A stretch of 33,217 bases of DNA from a virus, in the IMG/VR virus record IMGVR_UViG_3300045988_037273; one strand, given 5' to 3'. The notes under the pieces are model-generated. The model was not told the origin of the DNA. It made no database searches and saw nothing but the letters and a program-made list of their open reading frames with translations. The translations under genes were made by a program, and so were the position numbers. This document shows positions 26,472 to 33,217 of the stretch, piece after piece. Numbering within the stretch: the stretch's first letter is position 1; the number at the start of each line of letters is the position of its first letter.

Positions 26472-26511
26472 AGAAGCGTTTTTGTATATACAATTTTAAA
26501 AGGAAAAAATT

Positions 26512-26715
26512 ATGAAAAGCGGAAATTTTATTGAACTGGCGTTCGTAGTTAAAGGTGAGCTGCAAGTAGAGTATATCAACGTTGAACACGTATCGCGTAT
26601 TATGTACGTAGATGGCAAACCGTTTATTGGTATGCTGGGGCAAACCTACACGCGCCAACTTACAGAAACGAGTATGCAAGAACTAACGGAGTGTATTAAC
26701 TTGGAAAACAATTGA
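26512..26715 (+). CDS. hypothetical protein
   Basis: 67-aa ORF with an A-rich leader. Confidence 0.6.
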   Translation: MKSGNFIELAFVVKGELQVEYINVEHVSRIMYVDGKPFIGMLGQTYTRQLTETSMQELTECINLENN

Positions 26716-26721
26716 ATTAAA

Positions 26722-26883
26722 ATGGTTACTATCTTAAAAGTTATCGCGGTAAACGCAGGGGAGCGTATCTCTTATTATCCGACCCCCAACGATGGGGTGT
26801 TTCCTACCGTGGAGATGGCACGGGAGTTTTATAAAGATGAGTTCAAAACAGATAAAATAATATTGTGTTATGTCAGCAAGTGA
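26722..26883 (+). CDS. hypothetical small protein (not in the ORF track)
   Basis: 53-codon ATG ORF that fills the gap exactly and overlaps the next start by 14 nt. Confidence 0.5.
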   Translation: MVTILKVIAVNAGERISYYPTPNDGVFPTVEMAREFYKDEFKTDKIILCYVSK

Positions 26884-27616
26884 AAACGTACAGAGTTACA
26901 ACGTGGGAAAGTCCGATTATGCAAAGCATGCCATACAGCCGTGGGATATTTGGAAAGAATATAACCTCAACCCCTGGGACGCGGATATAGTGAAACGCGT
27001 GCTACGCAGCAAAGAAGGCGAGGCGCGGACGCTCGACTATGAAAAGATTATCCACATATGCAAATATCGCATTGCAGAGCTTTCTAAGGAGACTAAGGTA
27101 GCTGCACCAGTCGAGGCAGAAAAGCCAGTAGATGACGGGGAAAGCGATGATACAACGGTATTTTGCTTGGACGAGACAGAGAAGCCTGCAATGTTCTATA
27201 TTGAGGGCGAGAAGTGGAACGGTAAATATGTCGGTTACTCGGTGTTCGCGGCTGGTAACTCCCCCTATATGTACTTGGGCGTCGACGCAGAGGGGGACCA
27301 CTTATACGCAGACCTTTCGGGGTTCGTACAATGGCTTTACAACCCGGAAACGCACCTGCCGCCAAGCACGTTCAAGCTAAAGTATACCAGCCTTTTCGGC
27401 AATCACAGAAGCTCGCTAAAGATAGGGCACGTAGGTACGAACTACGAGAAGCACGACTATATCGTAACGTGCGACGGGCGGTTATTCCGTTACTTCGGTA
27501 TGAAAGGGAATAAGTTTTCCTATCGCAATATGTCGGCAAAACGTGGAGATGGTACATACCCCGAGGTCTTAAGCGATGTTAAATTAGAAAACAAGGCAAT
27601 TCAATTCACGCTATGA
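26870..27616 (+). CDS. DUF3310-like N-terminal domain protein
   Basis: SDYAKHAIQPWDIW...IVKRVLR...LDYEKIIHICKY resembles the DUF3310 pattern as I recall it. The C-terminal 150 aa are unknown. Confidence 0.55.
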   Translation: MSASENVQSYNVGKSDYAKHAIQPWDIWKEYNLNPWDADIVKRVLRSKEGEARTLDYEKIIHICKYRIAELSKETKVAAPVEAEKPVDDGESDDTTVFCLDETEKPAMFYIEGEKWNGKYVGYSVFAAGNSPYMYLGVDAEGDHLYADLSGFVQWLYNPETHLPPSTFKLKYTSLFGNHRSSLKIGHVGTNYEKHDYIVTCDGRLFRYFGMKGNKFSYRNMSAKRGDGTYPEVLSDVKLENKAIQFTL

Positions 27617-27783
27617 TAAGCAGACAAGAATACGCGTACGGTATCGGAGACGAGATAGTACATAACGGAGAGATTTTAAAGTATAGGGGCTGTTATAACG
27701 GGCACCTCTACACAACTACAGTAGACCACGAAGCCGGGGAATTCTCCAAAACAGTGGTATTTGAAAAACAAATTGAGAAATGA
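27613..27783 (+). CDS. hypothetical small protein (not in the ORF track)
   Basis: 56 codons with ATGA overlaps at both ends (27613-27616 and 27780-27783). Confidence 0.55.
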   Translation: MISRQEYAYGIGDEIVHNGEILKYRGCYNGHLYTTTVDHEAGEFSKTVVFEKQIEK

Positions 27784-28118
27784 AGGATATAATAAGCGAA
27801 AAAGATTTGGAGCGTACATTCTCCGAGAAGCTTAACCGAACAAAAAAGGTGTGGGTAATAAAACTATTATCCACCTTTATAAAAGGTTTGCCGGATAGAA
27901 TGATACTTTGCCAGGGTGGGTATGTAGGCTTCGCCGAGATAAAGACCACGGGAAAGAAGCCAACTAAGATACAGTTATTAGTACATAGCAAGTTAGAGGC
28001 TTTAGGCTTCAAAGTATTTGTTATCGACGATTTGGAAAGCAGGGACGCGGCGATAAGTTTCTTCTTAAGAAAGGTTAAGGAAATAAACAACGTACCGGGA
28101 AAAGGGTTATCTTTGTAG
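27780..28118 (+). CDS. VRR-NUC domain nuclease
   Basis: GLPDRMIL...GFAEIKTTGKKPTKIQ...LEALGFKVFV matches the VRR-NUC PD-(D/E)xK core. Confidence 0.85.
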   Translation: MKDIISEKDLERTFSEKLNRTKKVWVIKLLSTFIKGLPDRMILCQGGYVGFAEIKTTGKKPTKIQLLVHSKLEALGFKVFVIDDLESRDAAISFFLRKVKEINNVPGKGLSL

Positions 28119-28141
28119 CAGCAAATCAAAAAACAGAAATC

Positions 28142-28384
28142 ATGAAAAAGAGAAGTTTAAAGGAAGAAATAGAATACCGTTTAGGTATGTACTTCGGTAT
28201 CAAGTCGGGTGCTCTGCATGTCCGTGACGATAAATTCGGTAACACCGAGGAAATTCTAAACCAGTTGCAACGCGATATTACCCGAGACGTCAATTTCCTT
28301 TCGCGTAAAACACTGGGGTACGTATCGGATGAGCAGGATTTCAAAAGCATTTGCGTATTCTATAAAACAAAATTAATGAAGTAA
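28142..28384 (+). CDS. hypothetical protein
   Basis: 80-aa ORF. Confidence 0.6.
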   Translation: MKKRSLKEEIEYRLGMYFGIKSGALHVRDDKFGNTEEILNQLQRDITRDVNFLSRKTLGYVSDEQDFKSICVFYKTKLMK

Positions 28385-28391
28385 TAGAGCT

Positions 28392-28568
28392 ATGGTAAAC
28401 CATATAGATTTAAAGTTAAAGTGTATCGCAGGACACACCGAAATAGTATTAAACGGTCAGCGCATCAAGTGCGCTGCCGATTATGACAGAGTATTAGGAC
28501 ATATAACCCCGGCGGCACTCTATGAGTTTAGCGCCCAGTTAGCAATGATAAAAGCGATGTTATGTTAG
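28392..28568 (+). CDS. hypothetical small protein (not in the ORF track)
   Basis: 58 codons filling the gap. Overlaps the SNF2 start by 7 nt. Confidence 0.5.
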   Translation: MVNHIDLKLKCIAGHTEIVLNGQRIKCAADYDRVLGHITPAALYEFSAQLAMIKAMLC

Positions 28569-29950
28569 AAAGAAAGCAATTACATGAATACCAGGTAAAA
28601 GGTGTGCAGCATATTATCGACAATGAGTTTTGCGCGTTGTTCCTTGATATGGGTTTGGGCAAAACAGTAACTACCCTAACCGCCATCAAAGACCTTTTGG
28701 ATAATTGCATAATATCTAATTGCCTGGTAATCGCCCCGAAGAAAGTAACGCAGGTTACCTGGAGCGATGAGATTAAAGCTTGGGCACACCTTAAGGACTT
28801 GACGATTTCCGTTATCGACGGCACAGTTAAGCAGCGCCGGGAAGCCTACGAGAAGCAAGCGGACATATACGCGATTAGCCGCGATAACATTGTTTGGCTT
28901 GTGATGGAGTTCGGAGGCATTAAACTTCCCTACGATATGGTAGTTATCGATGAGCTAAGCAGTTTTAAGAACTACGCGTCAAAGCGTTTCAAAGCCCTTA
29001 GAAAGGTGCGGAAGTTCATACCGCGGGTAGTGGGTTTGACCGGTACACCATCGCCAAACGGACTTATAGACTTATTCGCCCAAATGTATTTGATAGACCA
29101 GGGTCAACGGCTCGGAAAATCAATCACAGCGTACAGAGACAGGTTTTTTAGACCAAATAAGAGGAACGGCGATATAGTGTACAGTTATGCACTGAAAAGC
29201 CCCCAGGAGGAAACAGAGAAGCAAATAAGCGACCTTATTAGCGACATAACCGTATCAATGACAGCCGAGGACTATTTGAAGATGCCCGACCGCATCAACA
29301 TATACGACCGCGTGGAGTTGCCCCCTAAAGTGCTGGCGCAATATAAGGAGTTTGAGAAGGAACAGGTATTGGAGCTTATCAACTCGAACGAACCGATAAG
29401 CGCAGCAAGTGCGGCAGCCCTATCCAATAAGCTACAGCAATTCGCAAACGGCGCGATATACGATGCCGACCGGAAGGTTATCGAACTGCACGACGAGAAG
29501 TTAGAAAAACTCGAAGAGCTTGTAGAGGCTGCAAACGGTTCGCCCGTATTGGTTGCCTACTCTTACAAGCATGACCTTGACCGAATAATGAAGAAGCTAA
29601 AGGCGTACAAGCCCGTCAAACTGGAAAAGCCCGAGCAGATAGCCGAGTGGAACGCCGGGAAGATTAAAGTGCTTGTAACGCACCCGGCGAGTGCAGGGCA
29701 CGGGCTTAACCTACAGAAAGGTGGGCATACGCTTATATGGTTCGGTAACACATGGAGCCTGGAGCTGTACATGCAGTTCAACGCCCGGTTGTATCGCCAG
29801 GGGCAAACGTACCCCGTAACCGTTCATCACATCCTAACCACCGGAACGGTAGACGAGAAGATAATAAAAGCCCTTGAAGGCAAGAAACAGACACAAGACG
29901 GGCTTATGCAGAGTATTAAAGAACTTATGGAATTTTACAGTAAGGAATGA
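28562..29950 (+). CDS. SNF2-family helicase
   Basis: Motif I DMGLGKT, motif II VIDELS, motif III GLTGTP, motif V SAGHGLNLQ, motif VI QFNARLYRQGQ. Confidence 0.92.
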   Translation: MLERKQLHEYQVKGVQHIIDNEFCALFLDMGLGKTVTTLTAIKDLLDNCIISNCLVIAPKKVTQVTWSDEIKAWAHLKDLTISVIDGTVKQRREAYEKQADIYAISRDNIVWLVMEFGGIKLPYDMVVIDELSSFKNYASKRFKALRKVRKFIPRVVGLTGTPSPNGLIDLFAQMYLIDQGQRLGKSITAYRDRFFRPNKRNGDIVYSYALKSPQEETEKQISDLISDITVSMTAEDYLKMPDRINIYDRVELPPKVLAQYKEFEKEQVLELINSNEPISAASAAALSNKLQQFANGAIYDADRKVIELHDEKLEKLEELVEAANGSPVLVAYSYKHDLDRIMKKLKAYKPVKLEKPEQIAEWNAGKIKVLVTHPASAGHGLNLQKGGHTLIWFGNTWSLELYMQFNARLYRQGQTYPVTVHHILTTGTVDEKIIKALEGKKQTQDGLMQSIKELMEFYSKE

Positions 29951-29970
29951 AAAAGCCGATAACAGTTATC

Positions 29971-29998
29971 GCAGCCCTACTACTTTTAGTAGGGCTGC
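29971..29998 (+). terminator. perfect 12-bp stem-loop after the SNF2 gene (terminator-like, no T-run)
   Basis: GCAGCCCTACTA-CTTT-TAGTAGGGCTGC. Confidence 0.45.
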
Positions 29999-30098
29999 AC
30001 CGTAGTACAGAACGCCGCGGACAGCATACAACGTAATTTCAAGCTACAACAATCAGAGTACGGGCTATCACTGAAGGATAGTTTAATACTTAAATGAC

Positions 30099-30158
30099 GT
30101 TAACGAAAGAACCAACGTAACTGAAAAAGCGTTATATTTGTATCAACGATTTAAAAAC
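30099..30158 (+). promoter_or_regulatory. class I promoter cassette (GTTAAC 30099-30104; -7 box TATATTTG 30133-30140)
   Basis: GTTAACGAAAGAACCAACGTA...AAAGCGTTATATTTGTATCAACGATTTAAAAAC. Confidence 0.65.
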
Positions 30159-30166
30159 AGAAAATT

Positions 30167-30415
30167 ATGGAAAAGTTTGAAAAGAGAGAAGCCCACCCGA
30201 TGGCAAAGTACATAGGGCGGTCGGTTAACTTCTATGGTAAGGAATTGGAAGTAGTGGGGTATAGTCACAATGAATTGACAGACGAGCCTTTGCTGATAGT
30301 AGAAGCCTTGCCCTTTGGGGGCTGGTCGGCACTGGAGCCTTCCGACGTGATATTCAAAGAATGCGAAAGCTATTGGTACGCCGGTATTAATGATTTGATA
30401 GATTGGAAACTATGA
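30167..30415 (+). CDS. hypothetical small protein (paralog family member)
   Basis: 82 aa. YIGRSVNFYGKELEVVGYS...GGWSALEPSDV is similar to the next ORF. Confidence 0.65.
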   Translation: MEKFEKREAHPMAKYIGRSVNFYGKELEVVGYSHNELTDEPLLIVEALPFGGWSALEPSDVIFKECESYWYAGINDLIDWKL

Positions 30416-30840
30416 TTAGAAACAGAGATTTTGCATTGCTGTACGCAGGGCGTACGGTATTCAATAAGAACGGCGAGTATGCCGGTGTGGTTGTCGGTTG
30501 GAACGATATGCTCGGCGTGATATTAGGTGTCAGCCATGAGGGTTGGCAGACCTGGAGCCTTACCGATATAGGCGTGTCCGATGATGAGTTTCCGTCGTAC
30601 GTATACCGCAACGCCGGGATGCTGGTAGAGCCGGTAGCGCAGTTAGAGCCGGTAGAGGCGGAAGCCCCGAAGCATATGACGATAGGCGAGCTTATCAGGG
30701 AGCACGAAGGCGTGCAGGGTATCCGATTCTCGACGGACGGGCACGGCAATGTACAAGCCGCTTATATCCGTGGCAAGCACGGAGGTATGAAGCTTGTAAG
30801 CATGGGAGACGGTTTGGAAAATGTATCATCAAAAATTTAA
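30412..30840 (+). CDS. hypothetical protein (paralog family member)
   Basis: The track start at 30403 is a TTG. The ATG at 30412 gives an ATGA overlap. Contains YAGRTVFNKNGEYAGVVVGWN...EGWQTWSLTDI. Confidence 0.65.
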   Translation: MIRNRDFALLYAGRTVFNKNGEYAGVVVGWNDMLGVILGVSHEGWQTWSLTDIGVSDDEFPSYVYRNAGMLVEPVAQLEPVEAEAPKHMTIGELIREHEGVQGIRFSTDGHGNVQAAYIRGKHGGMKLVSMGDGLENVSSKI

Positions 30841-30845
30841 AAGAC

Positions 30846-30959
30846 ATGGAAGCATTAATGTGTTTATTCGGAATAGCAATAGGTGCCGGTTTGGTAACCG
30901 GTTTGTGGTGTGTGGCTAAATTCGCAGCCCGTAACATAGACGGGATGTACGACGAGTAA
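30846..30959 (+). CDS. hypothetical small membrane peptide (not in the ORF track)
   Basis: 37 codons with one hydrophobic helix (LFGIAIGAGLVTGLWCV). Its stop overlaps the next ATG (TAATG). Confidence 0.4.
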   Translation: MEALMCLFGIAIGAGLVTGLWCVAKFAARNIDGMYDE

Positions 30960-31309
30960 TGGAAGAGGCGATAACGGTATTGTATGCCGTGGCGATAGCC
31001 ATAGTGGTAACCGCGGCAATCTTTACGGGCATAGACGTATATCCAGCGTTGAAAAATGCACGCGGCAGGAAGCCCGGGTATTTCAATATCCGGTATAAGC
31101 CGGAACATGGCACCGTGTTTTGCCGGGCGCATCTTGCGGGTAAGGTATACCGACTTGATAATAGAGCGCTGTACTTGGTCGAGATACATCCCAAGGATGC
31201 AGCCAAAGTGCACGCGTGGACGGTCCCGGAAATGGAGCTACGCGGAGTGTATTTACCGGGGAAGGGAAAATTCTATAAATTGGCATTCAAAGAAGAATTA
31301 TATGACTGA
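30959..31309 (+). CDS. hypothetical membrane-anchored protein
   Basis: 116 aa with an N-terminal TM helix (VLYAVAIAIVVTAAIF). Confidence 0.65.
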   Translation: MEEAITVLYAVAIAIVVTAAIFTGIDVYPALKNARGRKPGYFNIRYKPEHGTVFCRAHLAGKVYRLDNRALYLVEIHPKDAAKVHAWTVPEMELRGVYLPGKGKFYKLAFKEELYD

Positions 31310-31592
31310 AGAACCAAAGCTTCCCCATAAGCTTAAATGGGGCGACAGGACAGCCGCAAAGGTTGATGGAGCGGAATACCTTATCGGTATCAGAGTAGCG
31401 GGCTGCACGAGCCTGAAAGACGTGACTATAGCAGAGGTACACGAGAGTGTGGCGGACGGGGCGGGCGCATGGAGCGCGCCCGAAGGCTTAAAGAGCGCAG
31501 GCACAGATGGAGACGTGTTTATGGAGAAGCCGCGAGCCGGGGCTTATTACAAGTATATAAGGCTTAAAGACATAGCGAATGAAGAAAGTTAG
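31302..31592 (+). CDS. hypothetical protein
   Basis: 3' part of track ORF 31056..31592. The ATG at 31302 overlaps the upstream stop. The 5' part of the long ORF is Arg-rich out-of-frame sequence. Confidence 0.55.
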   Translation: MTEEPKLPHKLKWGDRTAAKVDGAEYLIGIRVAGCTSLKDVTIAEVHESVADGAGAWSAPEGLKSAGTDGDVFMEKPRAGAYYKYIRLKDIANEES

Positions 31593-31974
31593 TTTCATGG
31601 ATATGGCGGTATGCCTCAACTGCCATGTATTCATCATATGGGAATTCATACGAAGGTACGGATATACCGCCGGGGTAACAAAAGACAAGTACGGGCGCGG
31701 TTATGTGGAAGCCCGGCTTTGCAACGGTTGGATTGATAAGCTGGCAAAGTATGTAGCCGCCCAGGACTTCACGTATAAGCAGCCAATCAATAAAAGGCAG
31801 TATCTTATCAGAGACGAGGCACGCCTCGCAGAGGAGAAAAGAAACGAGCAGGACATATCGAGAACCTACGGAATTGACCCGGACGGAAGGATAAAAAGGG
31901 TATCGGCGTTCAAGAACGGAACGGTTCAGGCGTGGTATTGGCATCGGGATTCGCTCGGGTGGAAATTGACATGA
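31579..31974 (+). CDS. hypothetical protein
   Basis: 131 aa with a CLNCH motif near the N-terminus. Alternative in-frame ATGs at 31597 and 31603. Confidence 0.6.
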   Translation: MKKVSFMDMAVCLNCHVFIIWEFIRRYGYTAGVTKDKYGRGYVEARLCNGWIDKLAKYVAAQDFTYKQPINKRQYLIRDEARLAEEKRNEQDISRTYGIDPDGRIKRVSAFKNGTVQAWYWHRDSLGWKLT

Positions 31975-31990
31975 TGAAATTTATGGCATT

Positions 31991-32605
31991 ATGAGAAAGA
32001 ACATATTACATTTGTGCGCTGACTTGGGCAGCGACAGCTGGTACTACCGGCAGGACGAGAAATACAACGTTATCTGTATAGGCGAGGATATCGGGGTTGA
32101 AAACTATACCCCGGACTTCCCGGTACACGGAATAATAGCCAACCCGGTGTGTACGGAGTTTTCCACCATAGGAGGTTTCCACATAACAAAAGACCTTGAA
32201 AAGGGCATGTTTCTGGTTAACCACTGTCTGAGAATAATAGAAAGCACAAACCCGGAGTTTTGGGTAGTGGAAAACCCGGCGAACGGGAGGCTGAAAGAAT
32301 TTTTAGGCGAGCCCGATATGGTCTACCAGCCCTGGGAGTTCGGCAGCCCGTGGACTAAAAAGACCGCGCTGTGGGGGAAGTTCAACAAGCCAAACAGGAT
32401 ATACAGCCGATGGGAGGACGTTCCTAAATTGGACCTGTATACACGTGCCGGAAGGAAAAAACCGAGTCTCGCCTATCTCCACGTGTCTGCAATAGACAAA
32501 ATACCCGAGTTCCACAAGTTCAAGGACCGCGTCAAAGTAGATGCGGACTTGCGTTCCTTGTGCTCGCAGGGTTTCGCCAAAGCTTTCTACGAGGCTAACA
32601 AATAA
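31991..32605 (+). CDS. minimal C5-cytosine-methyltransferase-like protein
   Basis: Ordered motif-like segments: HLCADLGS (motif I-like), ANPVCTEFS (motif IV PCQxFS-like, with the Cys) and VVENPANG (motif VI ENV-like). At only 204 aa there is no room for a target-recognition domain. Confidence 0.5.
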   Translation: MRKNILHLCADLGSDSWYYRQDEKYNVICIGEDIGVENYTPDFPVHGIIANPVCTEFSTIGGFHITKDLEKGMFLVNHCLRIIESTNPEFWVVENPANGRLKEFLGEPDMVYQPWEFGSPWTKKTALWGKFNKPNRIYSRWEDVPKLDLYTRAGRKKPSLAYLHVSAIDKIPEFHKFKDRVKVDADLRSLCSQGFAKAFYEANK

Positions 32606-32699
32606 CACGCCTCTATTTGACATAATGATAGTGCCGCAAAGACCCGTGTCGAACTAAATGTCAGCGCCCCCAAAGGGCGTGTCAAGTCGGGTGATAGCA

Positions 32700-32746
32700 A
32701 AAAGCCCAAATCTGATTACAAAATGTCAGATTTGGGCTTTTGTTTA
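32700..32746 (+). terminator. intrinsic terminator ending the early module
   Basis: AAAAGCCCAAATCTGA / TCAGATTTGGGCTTTT, a 16-bp stem followed by TGTTT. Confidence 0.85.
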
Positions 32747-32784
32747 TAATTAGAAAAAAGGGGCTCTAAATTTAACATATTTTA

Positions 32785-33042
32785 TGCACAGCTGCACAGT
32801 AAAAAATCGCTACTGTGCAGGTTGCTGTGCAGTCTAACTCCTTGTATTATAATATATTATATGTAAATGCACAGATACACAGTAAAAAGAGGGTAAAACA
32901 TTATTTTGGGAAATAGTGTATTTTAGGGGGTGTAAAATATACTATTTTCTATATTAAAGTTTAGAAAAAAAGGTCTGTGTCTGTGCAGGTGCCCCTAACT
33001 CTCTTTGCGATAGGTAGTTACCGTGCACGAATGTTCAACCGT
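32785..33042. repeat. structured non-coding element, copy B (TGCACAG/CTGTGCA dyads)
   Basis: Direct-orientation homolog of 16231-16497. Six exact TGCACAG/CTGTGCA heptamers. Confidence 0.85.
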
Positions 33043-33121
33043 GTAAATATAATTCATTTGTAAACTTTATTTGTAAAAAAGGCATAACTGCCCGTCGGTT
33101 GGTCCGGTGCGATTTGTTGCC

Positions 33122-33129
33122 TACCTTTG
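33122..33129 (+). promoter_or_regulatory. candidate -7 box (TACCTTTG) for the packaging/structural operon
   Basis: Exact TAnnTTTG match. On the circular map it lies about 190 nt upstream of the terS ATG, so the 35-bp repeats fall in the leader. Confidence 0.45.
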
Positions 33130-33162
33130 TGCCATGGTTGGAAACGACGTGAACAGCCCGGT

Positions 33163-33217
33163 TAGTCCGAACCGTCCCGATACCGGAATAGTCCGACTAG
33201 TCCGAACCGTCCCGATA
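33163..33217. repeat. 35-bp tandem repeat block / terminal redundancy (partner of 1-53)
   Basis: TAGTCCGAAC at 33163 and 33198, TAGTCCGAC at 33189. 33180-33217 is identical to 1-38. Confidence 0.9.

Noticed and set aside
29947-30036. 29-codon ORF (MKKPITVIAALLLLVGLHRSTERRGQHTT) overlapping the SNF2 stop by ATGA
   Set aside because: Its hydrophobic core is encoded by the perfect 12-bp hairpin at 29971-29998. The sequence is more simply explained as a terminator-like stem-loop, so I did not call it as a CDS.
31056-31301. 5' part of the 178-aa + strand ORF 31056..31592
   Set aside because: It overlaps out of frame with the better-looking 30959..31309 gene. Its sequence is Arg/Ser-rich, and an ATG at 31302 overlapping the upstream stop gives a tidy 96-aa gene.

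Overview
The window looks like one complete, densely packed genome of a tailed dsDNA phage. Bases 1-38 are identical to 33180-33217, so the unique length is about 33.18 kb, either circularly closed or terminally redundant. Every convincing gene lies on the + strand. There are two modules. The first (133-16177) covers packaging, morphogenesis and lysis: TerS, TerL, fibre-like proteins, a tape-measure-like protein, a protease/scaffold, the major capsid protein, three tandem paralogs, a portal-like protein, a holin, a GH108 endolysin and a spanin-like protein. The second (16772-32605) is an early/replication module: a DUF2800 nuclease, a DUF2815 SSB, a metallophosphoesterase, family-A DNA polymerase, a primase-helicase, VRR-NUC, an SNF2 helicase, a minimal C5-methyltransferase-like protein and many small ORFs. 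I recognised no integrase, repressor, tRNA or CRISPR array. Repeated TAnnTTTG -7 boxes and A-rich leaders without Shine-Dalgarno sequences suggest a Bacteroidota host; this is an inference. The most unusual feature is a diverged, structured non-coding element of about 270 bp, rich in TGCACAG/CTGTGCA dyads. It occurs twice, each time between a module's terminator and the next module's promoter, and the two copies sit almost exactly half a genome apart. Other notable features are near-identical 60-bp promoter cassettes and a 35-bp tandem repeat upstream of terS. All functional calls rest on motifs recognised by eye, with no database search.
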